From assembly GCA_900768815.1 (NCBI GenBank), contig CAAGEE010000002.1:4252-68251 (forward strand): a stretch of DNA of 64,000 nucleotides, read 5' to 3'. Both the position numbers and the translations under genes were made by a program. Origin of the DNA: Bacilli bacterium. Lineage in GTDB: Bacteria > Bacillota_I > Bacilli_A > RF39 > UBA660. Below are positions 46,752-55,464 of the stretch, piece by piece (position 1 is the stretch's first letter; each line of letters opens with the position of its first letter). The notes under the pieces were generated by a model. The model was not told the origin of the DNA. It searched no databases and saw only the letters and a program-made list of their open reading frames with translations.

Positions 46752-47396
46752 ATGAAATATTTATTAGTCTTTGGAAAGAGTTTATTCTTTTACTTATTGA
46801 TAACTATAGTATATAGACTTATGGGTAAAAGAGAAATTGGAGAATTATCGATAATGGATTTTATAGTATCAATATTTATAGCGGAACTTGCGGCGATATC
46901 GATAGAAAATTATAATGATAGTATGTTTTTATCTATTATACCTATTGGTGTATTGGTTGCTTTACAAATTATTACTTCAAAAATATCTTTTAAGAGTGAG
47001 AAAGTTAGAAGTGTTATAGATGGAAATCCTTCAGTTATTATTAATAGAGGGAAGATTAATTTTGGAGAAATGTTAAAACAAAGATATAATTTAGATGATT
47101 TATTAACTCAACTTAGAGCAAAGTCTATTAAATCAATAGAAGAAGTTGATTATGCAATATTAGAGACTTCTGGTAAATTATCAATATTTAAAAAAGATGA
47201 TGATAAGAATAGGACTTATCCTTTACCAGTAATTATAGATGGGAAAGTACAAGAGGATGTATTAATACAAATTAATAAGAGTATTGGGTGGTTAGAGGAA
47301 AATTTAAAAAGAGAGGGGTATTTGTTAGAAGATATATTTTATGGTTTTTATAGGAATAAAAGATTATTTTTAATTAGAAATGAAAATATAAAATGA
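46752..47396 (+). CDS. DUF421 (YetF/YrbG-like) membrane protein
   Basis: MGKREIGELSIMDFIVSIFIAELAA and C-terminal GKLSIFKK...PLPVIIDGK pattern typical of DUF421. Start 46752 (alternatives 46719, 46740). Confidence 0.75.
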   Translation: MKYLLVFGKSLFFYLLITIVYRLMGKREIGELSIMDFIVSIFIAELAAISIENYNDSMFLSIIPIGVLVALQIITSKISFKSEKVRSVIDGNPSVIINRGKINFGEMLKQRYNLDDLLTQLRAKSIKSIEEVDYAILETSGKLSIFKKDDDKNRTYPLPVIIDGKVQEDVLIQINKSIGWLEENLKREGYLLEDIFYGFYRNKRLFLIRNENIK

Positions 47397-47440
47397 CAAA
47401 TTATTTGGATTGTTTTTTATATAGTATTATTGGTGATACT

Positions 47441-48613
47441 ATGAAGAGAGTAATCTTAATAATTTTTTTGTTTGGGTTAGCATGTATTGTTATTTTTAAT
47501 AATAATGTTGCTGAGGAGGAGAGAGAAGTTAATAATTTGGAGAAGAGAGGGGTATTTGTTAGTTATATTGATATTAGTAAATATATTAAGAATAGTGATG
47601 TTTCTGTTAGTAAGATGAATATTGTTAAGATGCTTGATAATATTTGTAATTTAGGTTTTAATATGGTTATTTTACAGGTGGTTAGTTTTAGTGATGCTAT
47701 ATATAAGTCTAATATATATCCTTGGAGTAGTATTATTTCTTCTTCTGAGGGTGTTTATCCTGGGTATGATGTATTAGACTATTTTTTGGAAAAAGCCCAT
47801 GAAAAGGATATTTCTGTATATGCATGGATTAATCCTTATAGGGTTAGAACTAATAGTAATATTGATAGTATCAGTAGTTATAATCCTGCTTATAAATATA
47901 TAGGTAGTGATACTTTATATGTAAATAAAGGTATTTATTTTAATCCAGCTAAGGAAGAGGTAGAAGATTTAATAGTAGAGGGAGTAGAAGAGTTAATTAG
48001 TAATTATAAAGTAGATGGGGTGTTATTTGATGATTATTTTTATCCTGACAGAGATGTTTCTATAAATGATTATGAAGCATATTTAGAGAAAAATAAAAAT
48101 ATTAGTTTTTCTGAGTATAAGTTAATGATTATTAATAGAATGATTGAAAGGGTTCATAGGGTATGCAGTAAACATAATATTTTATTTGGAGTTTCTCCTG
48201 ATGGAAACATTGATAATAATTATAGTAATGTATGTGCTGATGTTATTACATGGCTTAGTAGTGATAAGTATGTTGACTTTATAATACCACAAATATATTA
48301 TGGTTTTTATAATGGAAATAAACCTTTTTTAGAAACTGTTAATGAATGGAATAATTTAATTAAGAATAAGAATATAGATATGTATGTGGCATTGGCTTTT
48401 TATAAAGTCGGTTTGGTTGATAATTTTGCTAAGGGTGGGAAGTTTGAATGGGAAGTAAATGATAATATTATTATGAAAGAAATACTTATGAGTAGAAATT
48501 TAAAACAGTATAGAGGCTTTGTTTTATTTAGATATGGTTATTTATTTGATGAAAAGTTATATTCTATTACTACTTTGAAGGAAATTGAAAATATGAAAAA
48601 GTTTGTAAAATAA
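47441..48613 (+). CDS. glycoside-hydrolase-like family 10 protein (YngK/DUF187-like)
   Basis: Signal/anchor MKRVILIIFLFGLACIVIF. RGVFVS, VYAWINPYRV and VDGVLFDDYFYP motifs typical of GHL10. Confidence 0.7.
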   Translation: MKRVILIIFLFGLACIVIFNNNVAEEEREVNNLEKRGVFVSYIDISKYIKNSDVSVSKMNIVKMLDNICNLGFNMVILQVVSFSDAIYKSNIYPWSSIISSSEGVYPGYDVLDYFLEKAHEKDISVYAWINPYRVRTNSNIDSISSYNPAYKYIGSDTLYVNKGIYFNPAKEEVEDLIVEGVEELISNYKVDGVLFDDYFYPDRDVSINDYEAYLEKNKNISFSEYKLMIINRMIERVHRVCSKHNILFGVSPDGNIDNNYSNVCADVITWLSSDKYVDFIIPQIYYGFYNGNKPFLETVNEWNNLIKNKNIDMYVALAFYKVGLVDNFAKGGKFEWEVNDNIIMKEILMSRNLKQYRGFVLFRYGYLFDEKLYSITTLKEIENMKKFVK

Positions 48614-48669
48614 TATTAAATTATTTATTTTTTCTGTTATAATTGTTTTAAGGTAGGTGAAGAAGAGAA

Positions 48670-49233
48670 GTGTTAAGAAATAAAAATGGTTTTACTTTAG
48701 TCGAATTACTGGCAACTGTAGTTATTTTAGGTATTATTATGATTGTTGCAGTTCCTAATGTTATGGGTATTTTAACTAGAAATAGGTCTAATACTTATTT
48801 GGAAGATGCTAAAAAGTTATCTACTTTGGCTGAATATCAAATTAGATCTGGTAGTAATGCTGTACAAAAACCAGCAACTGGTCAATGTATTGTAATGACT
48901 TTATCATATTTGGATAATGCTGAGTTTGAAGATGCTCCTAATGGTGGAGAGTATTTAAAGAATGTCTCTTTTGTTGTCGTTAAAAAAGAAGGAAATGAAC
49001 TTAAATATTATGTACAATTACTTGAAAACTATAAAAATACTTATAGAGGTGTAAAGTTGATTGAGACTTCTAAGTTGACTGAAAATGGTGCTGTTAATAA
49101 TTATGTTGTTAATGCTAAGAAGGCTGATGTTGAGAGTGTTACTGGATTAGAAAAGGATAATTTTTTAACTTTTGCTCAAAAATTTAATAGTAGTTTTGCT
49201 TGTAATTCAGTTAGTTCTGTTTATTCAAAATAA
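48670..49233 (+). CDS. prepilin-type (type IV pilin/pseudopilin-like) protein
   Basis: Class III signal NKNG|FTLVELL with Glu at +5 and a hydrophobic alpha1-N helix. GTG start after a GGTAGGTGA RBS. Confidence 0.8.
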   Translation: MLRNKNGFTLVELLATVVILGIIMIVAVPNVMGILTRNRSNTYLEDAKKLSTLAEYQIRSGSNAVQKPATGQCIVMTLSYLDNAEFEDAPNGGEYLKNVSFVVVKKEGNELKYYVQLLENYKNTYRGVKLIETSKLTENGAVNNYVVNAKKADVESVTGLEKDNFLTFAQKFNSSFACNSVSSVYSK

Positions 49234-49336
49234 ACTTTTGTAAAGTTTAGTAAAAAGTATAAAAAGCAGTTGAATTTTGAAAATTGATATGCTATTATAA
49301 AATTGTAAACAAAATAGAAAGAGAGAGTGAATTGTA

Positions 49337-50002
49337 ATGAAAAAGATTAATGATAAAGGTTTTACATTGATCGAACTATTAGCTGTTATCGTAATCATGG
49401 GTATCTTAATGATGGTTGCTATTCCAGCTGTTTCAAGAACTATTGAAAATTCAAGAAAGGATACATTTATTGATATTGCTAAAAACTATGCAAATGCAGT
49501 TACTACTTTATGGTCTGCAGATGGATTAACTTGTGCTGGTACAGTTTCTTCAGCAACTGCTGATGGTGATTACTATGTAAAGATTAATTCTAATGGTAAT
49601 ACAGTAGATACTAACGGTACTTCATTTACTTCTACTGCTGATACTGATGTTCCAACATTACTAGAATCAGGTGGTAAATCTTCTTGGGGTAGTCGTGATG
49701 TATATGGTTATGTAAGAGTTAATGTTGCTACTACTCCTGATACTTGTGTAACTTCTGCTGGTGCTAATACTCCTTGTACTACTCCAGGAGCAATCATTAA
49801 AACTCGTGGTAAAAGAACAACTAAGTATTATGTAACTTTATCTGATGGTATTCGTGGTTTAGGTAGTACAGTTGCTACTGGAGCTAATGCTATTGAATCT
49901 TCTAAAATAGTTCGTGGTAATTTAACAATGTCTGGTTTAAAATATAGCGATGTTGCTATTCCAACAACTACTCCAGCTGCTGTTACTTGTGTAGAAAACT
50001 AA
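49337..50002 (+). CDS. type IV pilin-like protein, probable major subunit
   Basis: NDKG|FTLIELLAVIVIMGILMMVAIPAV. Codon choice (cgt, ggt, gct, act) looks like a highly expressed gene. Own promoter-like sequence and a strong terminator. Confidence 0.8.
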   Translation: MKKINDKGFTLIELLAVIVIMGILMMVAIPAVSRTIENSRKDTFIDIAKNYANAVTTLWSADGLTCAGTVSSATADGDYYVKINSNGNTVDTNGTSFTSTADTDVPTLLESGGKSSWGSRDVYGYVRVNVATTPDTCVTSAGANTPCTTPGAIIKTRGKRTTKYYVTLSDGIRGLGSTVATGANAIESSKIVRGNLTMSGLKYSDVAIPTTTPAAVTCVEN

Positions 50003-50024
50003 TTAGATAGATAGAGATTATTAA

Positions 50025-50057
50025 AGACTTAAGAAAGATACCTTAAGTCTTTTTTTT
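50025..50057 (+). terminator. intrinsic terminator after the pilin gene
   Basis: AGACTTAAG / CTTAAGTCT 9-bp stem followed by T7. Confidence 0.8.
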
Positions 50058-50096
50058 GTCTTTTTTTTTTGATATACTTTGATAGAGGTGATTAGA

Positions 50097-50975
50097 ATGT
50101 TGATACTTGGTTGTCACGTTAGTTATAAAAAAGATAGTCAGTTACTTGGGAGTTTAAATGAGGCATTAGGGTATGGTGCTAATACCTTTATGTTTTATAC
50201 TGGTGCTCCTCAAAATACTAGTCGTTATCCGATTAATGATAATTTAACTTTAGAAGCTTTTAAAAAGATGAAGGAGATTGGTTTTGACTATTCAAAAGTA
50301 GTGGTTCATGCTCCATACATTGTTAATTTGGCTAATGATGATGAAGTTAAATTTAATTTTGCAGTACAATTCTTAAAAGATGAGTTAAAAAGATGCAGTC
50401 AGTTAGGGATAAAGAACGTAGTATTACATCCAGGAAGTCATGTTGGAATTGGAATTGATGCTGGTATTTCTAATATTGCTAGAGGGCTCAATATGGTACT
50501 TGGAGATGTTGATGTTAGAATACTTTTAGAGACAATGGCTGGAAAAGGTAGTGAAATTGGTTCTAAGTTAGAAGAGATAAAAAGAATAATTGATTTAGTA
50601 GAAGATAAAAAACATATTGGAGTTTGTATAGATACATGTCATTTAAGTGATGCTGGATATAATCTTAGAGATTTTGATAGTTTTTTAAATAAGTTTGATG
50701 AGGTTATTGGAATAGAAAAAATTGGTTGTGTCCATGTAAATGATAGTAAAAATGATTTAGGTAGTCATAAAGATAGACATGAAAATATTGGATTTGGTAA
50801 AGTCGGTTTTGAAACGTTATTGCAAATTATTTATAATAAACGCTTGGAAAATATTCCTAAAATATTAGAAACACCATATGTAGATAGAGAATATCCTCCG
50901 TACAAGTTTGAAATAGAGATGATTAAGAATAAAAAGTTTGATGAAGAATTGATTAGTAAAATCAGAGGTGAGTAA
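50097..50975 (+). CDS. nfo: endonuclease IV
   Basis: HAPYIVNLA, VLHPGSH, LETMAGKG, CIDTCHL, HVNDSK metal-binding motifs. ATG 50097 follows a GAGGTGA RBS. Confidence 0.93.
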   Translation: MLILGCHVSYKKDSQLLGSLNEALGYGANTFMFYTGAPQNTSRYPINDNLTLEAFKKMKEIGFDYSKVVVHAPYIVNLANDDEVKFNFAVQFLKDELKRCSQLGIKNVVLHPGSHVGIGIDAGISNIARGLNMVLGDVDVRILLETMAGKGSEIGSKLEEIKRIIDLVEDKKHIGVCIDTCHLSDAGYNLRDFDSFLNKFDEVIGIEKIGCVHVNDSKNDLGSHKDRHENIGFGKVGFETLLQIIYNKRLENIPKILETPYVDREYPPYKFEIEMIKNKKFDEELISKIRGE

Positions 50976-50978
50976 GAG

Positions 50979-51971
50979 TTGAGTACTTTGACATCTTATT
51001 ATTATGATGGCAGTAAGTTTAGTAAGTTACTAGATGAGAAGTTTCCTAAATCTATGGGTATTGATTCTTCTGTTGACTTTAGTTTATGTAGTAGGCAAAG
51101 TATTGATGAAATTATGGATTCTTTAAAAGAAACTCTTGCAAATCCATTTATGAGGCAAGTTGAGGTTTTAGATAGTGTTAGAGAAAATATTATATGTTTG
51201 CCAGACAAAGTTAAAGATAAAATAGTTAGTTTGTTTGATGATGATAATTTACTTTTATATGGTCATGGTGGCAATGCTGATGAAATATTAAGGGAAGGTA
51301 AGATGAGGTGCAAATATGCAAATATTTCATCACACTTTTTACCACTTTCACAAACTAATAGTTCATTAGATAATCTTAATCATTGGCCACATAGAGATGC
51401 TAAAAAAATACTTATTATGGGTATTGATAGGAGAGAATTTAATCCAATATATAGAAGAGAGGATAATGGTTATAGTATTCCTAGTGAATATTTTTTAGGA
51501 TATTATGATAAAGATTTAGAAGAGTTTATAGTTAATCCTCTTTTTAAGAGAAGACATGAGTATAAAGAGGAGGATCCTTCAATTGAACTTCATACAGGAG
51601 AATATCATGCTAGAAGTCTTTACTCAGATCAAGATAACTTTCAACATATTCTTGATAATTTGACTAATATAAATATGATTCTTAGTTTATCTTCTTATTT
51701 ACCATTAGATCAAAAGGGAATTGCCGGGGTTTCTGGACAGGTTTTGCATTTAGTAAAAGATACTTATTTAGAGATTGAAAAAATTACTCCTGAAGTAGTT
51801 AGTACATATAATAGTACCAAGATTACTAATAATGATAGAGTTAGTAATGCTAGTACTGGTACTGATGAAGACTGGGTATTTGATTTTGACGATAATGAGT
51901 TAAATATGATGCTTTCTGATGGTAATAAAATAAATGCTAGCACTAATAGTAAAGAAAATAAATCTATTTAA
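50979..51971 (+). CDS. hypothetical protein
   Basis: 330 aa. TTG start 3 nt after the nfo stop. Soluble, S/N/D-rich C-terminus, no motif recognised. Confidence 0.5.
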   Translation: MSTLTSYYYDGSKFSKLLDEKFPKSMGIDSSVDFSLCSRQSIDEIMDSLKETLANPFMRQVEVLDSVRENIICLPDKVKDKIVSLFDDDNLLLYGHGGNADEILREGKMRCKYANISSHFLPLSQTNSSLDNLNHWPHRDAKKILIMGIDRREFNPIYRREDNGYSIPSEYFLGYYDKDLEEFIVNPLFKRRHEYKEEDPSIELHTGEYHARSLYSDQDNFQHILDNLTNINMILSLSSYLPLDQKGIAGVSGQVLHLVKDTYLEIEKITPEVVSTYNSTKITNNDRVSNASTGTDEDWVFDFDDNELNMMLSDGNKINASTNSKENKSI

Positions 51972-51987
51972 AAGAAAGAAAATAAGG

Positions 51988-52239
51988 CTATAAATATTTA
52001 GCCTTATTTTCGTTATAGAGAGAAATAATTTTATTAAAGAGAAAGGGACGAATTTCTAATTTTAAGAGATTAAATACTGAAGTATCATTATTTAAAAGTT
52101 CGTTATAATGACTTTTTATAAAATTGTAGATAATTAATAATTCTCGATCTGTTACTTCTATATTTTGTTTTAATGCATATTTTTTAATGTCATCTACTGT
52201 TAAATAATTAATATATTTTTTTATTAGATCTTTATAGAT
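51988..52239 (-). CDS. DUF2624-like small protein lacking a canonical start codon (not in the ORF track)
   Basis: Open 83-codon frame behind a GAGGTGAT RBS: (I)YKDLIKKYINYLTVDDIKKYALKQNIEVTDRELLIIYNFIKSHYNELL... The first in-frame candidates are ATC, ATA and ATT only. The end is covered by a bidirectional hairpin at 51980-52010. Confidence 0.35.
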   Translation of the reverse strand: MYKDLIKKYINYLTVDDIKKYALKQNIEVTDRELLIIYNFIKSHYNELLNNDTSVFNLLKLEIRPFLFNKIISLYNENKAKYL

Positions 52240-52308
52240 AGTATCACCTCATAAAAAATATATGAAATAAGATTTTAAATATGAGACAAACTAGTAATGG
52301 TGATTATA

Positions 52309-54348
52309 ATGAAAAAGACAAGAAATAATTATGAAGTAATTATTGGTAAAAGGATTTTATATGTATATATTTTAACTATTGGGCTTTTTTCAATATTATT
52401 TGGAAAGTTATTTTCAGTTATTATTGTACATGGTTCTTTTTATAATAAAAGATTAGAGTCTTTAACTAATAAAAGTATTACTTTGGGTAGCTCTCCTCGA
52501 GGACGAATTTATGATAGGAATTATAAGGTTATAGTTGATAATAAGGCTATTAATACTATTGTATATAAGAAAGAAAAGGGTACTACTACTGAAGAAATGA
52601 TTGATCTTGCGTATTTAGTTTCTAAGCATTTGGATTTAGATATTAGTAAACTTAATATGAGAGCTAGAAAAGAATTTTATTTGGCAAAGTATCCAGATGT
52701 TTGTAATTTAAAGATTACAGATAATGAAAGGGAACTAGTTAAACAGAGAAAGTTATCTAATAAAGACATACTTGAGTTAAAGATAGAGAGAATTACTTTA
52801 GATGATGTTTCGGTATTTAATGAAGATGATTTAAAAGCTTCTTATTTATATTATTTAATGTCTAAGGGTTATGCCTATGAAGAAAAAGTTATTAAAAGTG
52901 GGGTTAATGATAGTGAGTTTGCATATATTTCAGAGAATGTTAATAATTTAAAGGGTTTTAATACTAGAGTTGATTGGGAGAGAGTTTATCCTTACGGAGA
53001 TAGTTTAAGAAGTATTTTAGGAAATGTTTCGTCTAGTAGTCAAGGTATTCCTGAGGAAGAGAAGGATAATTATTTAAAGCTTGGGTATTCTTTAAATGAT
53101 CGGGTAGGACTTAATTATTTAGAAAAACAATATGAGAAATACCTTAAAGGAGAAAAAAATGTTTATGAGACGGTTAATTTGCATGAGGTGAGGCTGGTTA
53201 AAGAAGGAAAAAGAGGGAATGATATAGTTTTATCTATTGATATGGATTTGCAGTTAGAGGTAGAAAAAATCATTGATGAACAATTGATTAGAACTAAGAA
53301 TGAAGCAAATACTGAATATTATGATCATTCCTCTGTTATTATTTCTGATCCTAATACTGGAGAAATTTTAGTAATGGCATCTAGAAAACTAGTGGGCGAT
53401 AAAATAATTGATAATGTTAATAGTATTTTAATATCACCAATTACACCAGGCTCTGTTGTTAAGGGGGCTTCAATGTTAGTAGGGTATGAGACTGGGGCAA
53501 TTCATTTTGGGGAAAGGATGTTAGATGAGTGTATAAAAATAGCAGGAGCTCCAGCTAAGTGTTCATCGGTTTTAGACTTAGGGGTAATAGATGATATTAC
53601 GGCTATGGCTAAAAGTAGTAATGTTTATCAGTTTAAAACGGCAATTAGAGTTAATGGACAAGAATATTTTAGAGGAATGAAACTTAATTTTAATCAAAAG
53701 GCTTTTGATACTTATAGAAATATGTATCATAAATTTGGACTTGGTGTTTATACTGGTATTGATTTACCAATTGAAAGTAGAGGTTATTCTTCTTTAGATA
53801 AGGCAAGTGGTAATTTGCTTGATTTTGTGATGGGTCAGTATGAAACTTATACTCCAATACAATTGTTACAATATGTATCTACTATTGCGAAAAATGGTAT
53901 GAGAATTAGGCCTCATTTATTAAAAGAGGTTAGGACTAGTACTGATGGTTTAGAATTAGGAGATGTTTTGTATTCTTATAAGACTGACGTTTTAAATACA
54001 GTTGATGTTAAGGAAGAAAACTTAAAAAGAGTACAGCAAGGTTTTTATGCAGTTATGCATATGAAGGGTGGATATGGTAATTACTATACTGATGATAGGT
54101 TGGATGCTGCTGGTAAGACTGGTACTTCTCAGAGCTTTATTGATACTGATAATGATGGTGTTATTGATAAAGAAACTATTACAACCTCATTTATTGGATA
54201 TGCACCATTTAATAATCCAAAGGTTTCATTTATGGTTACTTCACCTAATTGTTCACACTTAAATTCGGGATATGATTTTATGAGTTTAGTTAATTATAGA
54301 ATTACAAGAGCAGTTACAGATAAGTATTATGAAATGTTTGGAATATAG
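52309..54348 (+). CDS. class B penicillin-binding protein (PBP2-type transpeptidase)
   Basis: N-terminal TM, PBP dimerisation domain, SVVK (SxxK), SSN, KTGT motifs. ATG 52309 follows a GGTGAT RBS. Confidence 0.92.
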   Translation: MKKTRNNYEVIIGKRILYVYILTIGLFSILFGKLFSVIIVHGSFYNKRLESLTNKSITLGSSPRGRIYDRNYKVIVDNKAINTIVYKKEKGTTTEEMIDLAYLVSKHLDLDISKLNMRARKEFYLAKYPDVCNLKITDNERELVKQRKLSNKDILELKIERITLDDVSVFNEDDLKASYLYYLMSKGYAYEEKVIKSGVNDSEFAYISENVNNLKGFNTRVDWERVYPYGDSLRSILGNVSSSSQGIPEEEKDNYLKLGYSLNDRVGLNYLEKQYEKYLKGEKNVYETVNLHEVRLVKEGKRGNDIVLSIDMDLQLEVEKIIDEQLIRTKNEANTEYYDHSSVIISDPNTGEILVMASRKLVGDKIIDNVNSILISPITPGSVVKGASMLVGYETGAIHFGERMLDECIKIAGAPAKCSSVLDLGVIDDITAMAKSSNVYQFKTAIRVNGQEYFRGMKLNFNQKAFDTYRNMYHKFGLGVYTGIDLPIESRGYSSLDKASGNLLDFVMGQYETYTPIQLLQYVSTIAKNGMRIRPHLLKEVRTSTDGLELGDVLYSYKTDVLNTVDVKEENLKRVQQGFYAVMHMKGGYGNYYTDDRLDAAGKTGTSQSFIDTDNDGVIDKETITTSFIGYAPFNNPKVSFMVTSPNCSHLNSGYDFMSLVNYRITRAVTDKYYEMFGI

Positions 54349-54428
54349 AAATTGGTAAAAAGTATAAAAATCTTTTGCAATTTGGGAAAATTTTGGTATA
54401 ATACCTATAGACGTAAGGAGGGATAGAC

Positions 54429-54590
54429 ATGGCTAAAGCAGGAAATAGACAATTCAAAACTCTATTTTGTACTGAATGTAAAGAAGAAAATTATAGAGTT
54501 GAAAGAAATGTTAAAAAAACAGACCGTCTTGAATTAAATAGATACTGTCCTAGATGTAAGAAACATACTGTACATAAGGAAAAGAAATAA
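54429..54590 (+). CDS. rpmG: 50S ribosomal protein L33 (not in the ORF track)
   Basis: [53 protein letters not shown]. CxxC...CxxC zinc form. AAGGAGGGA RBS. Confidence 0.93.
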   Translation: MAKAGNRQFKTLFCTECKEENYRVERNVKKTDRLELNRYCPRCKKHTVHKEKK

Positions 54591-54609
54591 TTTGATTGGT
54601 GGAACTAAA

Positions 54610-54789
54610 ATGGATAAAAATTTAAAAACGCCAGAAAATATTGATAAGTTGATTGAACGTCAAGCTGGTACTCCTAGCTATGTTGACGGACTTTATCCTC
54701 CTGTTGGTAATAATGGTGGAGAAACAAATATTGCCACAAAAGGCAAAGTTTATGTAAAGAAGTATAATAAATCAAAAAGAGAAAAATAG
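54610..54789 (+). CDS. small hypothetical protein
   Basis: 59 aa from ATG 54610 (GGTGGA RBS). Basic C-terminus. Between rpmG and efp. No family recognised. Confidence 0.4.
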   Translation: MDKNLKTPENIDKLIERQAGTPSYVDGLYPPVGNNGGETNIATKGKVYVKKYNKSKREK

Positions 54790-54798
54790 GAGGTTCTT

Positions 54799-55356
54799 AT
54801 GATTAGTACTAACGATTTAAAAAATGGTATTACTATCGAAGTTGATGGTGCTATTTTTGTAGTAATGGATACGCAACATGTTAAACCTGGTAAGGGTGCT
54901 GCTATTGTTAAAGCTAAATTAAAAAATTTAAGAACTGGAGCTATCTTTGAAAAGACATTTAATGCAGGAGTTAAAGTTGCTACTGCCAGAATAGAGAAGA
55001 CTTTAATGCAATATTTATATTGTATGGGTGAGACATATTATTTTATGAATATGGATACTTATGAACAATTAGAGCTTAATAAGTCTACTATCGGAGATGG
55101 AGCTAAATTCTTAAAAGAAAATTTAGAAGTATATATTACTACTTATGAAGGTGAAGTGTTAGGTATTGATTTACCAGATAAAGTAGAGTTAAAGATTACT
55201 CATACTGAAGCTGCTGTTAAAGGAAATACTACTAATAACGCTTTGAAAGATGCTGAATGTGAAACTGGATTAATGGTTCGTGTACCTTTATTTATAGAAG
55301 AGGGAGAAACTATTATTGTTTCAACAGCTGATGGTAAATATGTGTCAAGAGCATAA
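54799..55356 (+). CDS. efp: elongation factor P
   Basis: 185 aa. VKPGKGAA loop carrying the modified Lys. Three OB-like domains. Confidence 0.97.
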   Translation: MISTNDLKNGITIEVDGAIFVVMDTQHVKPGKGAAIVKAKLKNLRTGAIFEKTFNAGVKVATARIEKTLMQYLYCMGETYYFMNMDTYEQLELNKSTIGDGAKFLKENLEVYITTYEGEVLGIDLPDKVELKITHTEAAVKGNTTNNALKDAECETGLMVRVPLFIEEGETIIVSTADGKYVSRA

Positions 55357-55464
55357 TAATTAGTGCTCTTTTTTTTAACTTTTTTTTTAATTAGATTGAG
55401 ATTTATATTAAAACATGGTATTCTTTTTATAGTAGGTAGAATATAGAGTAGGGAGTAATTTATA

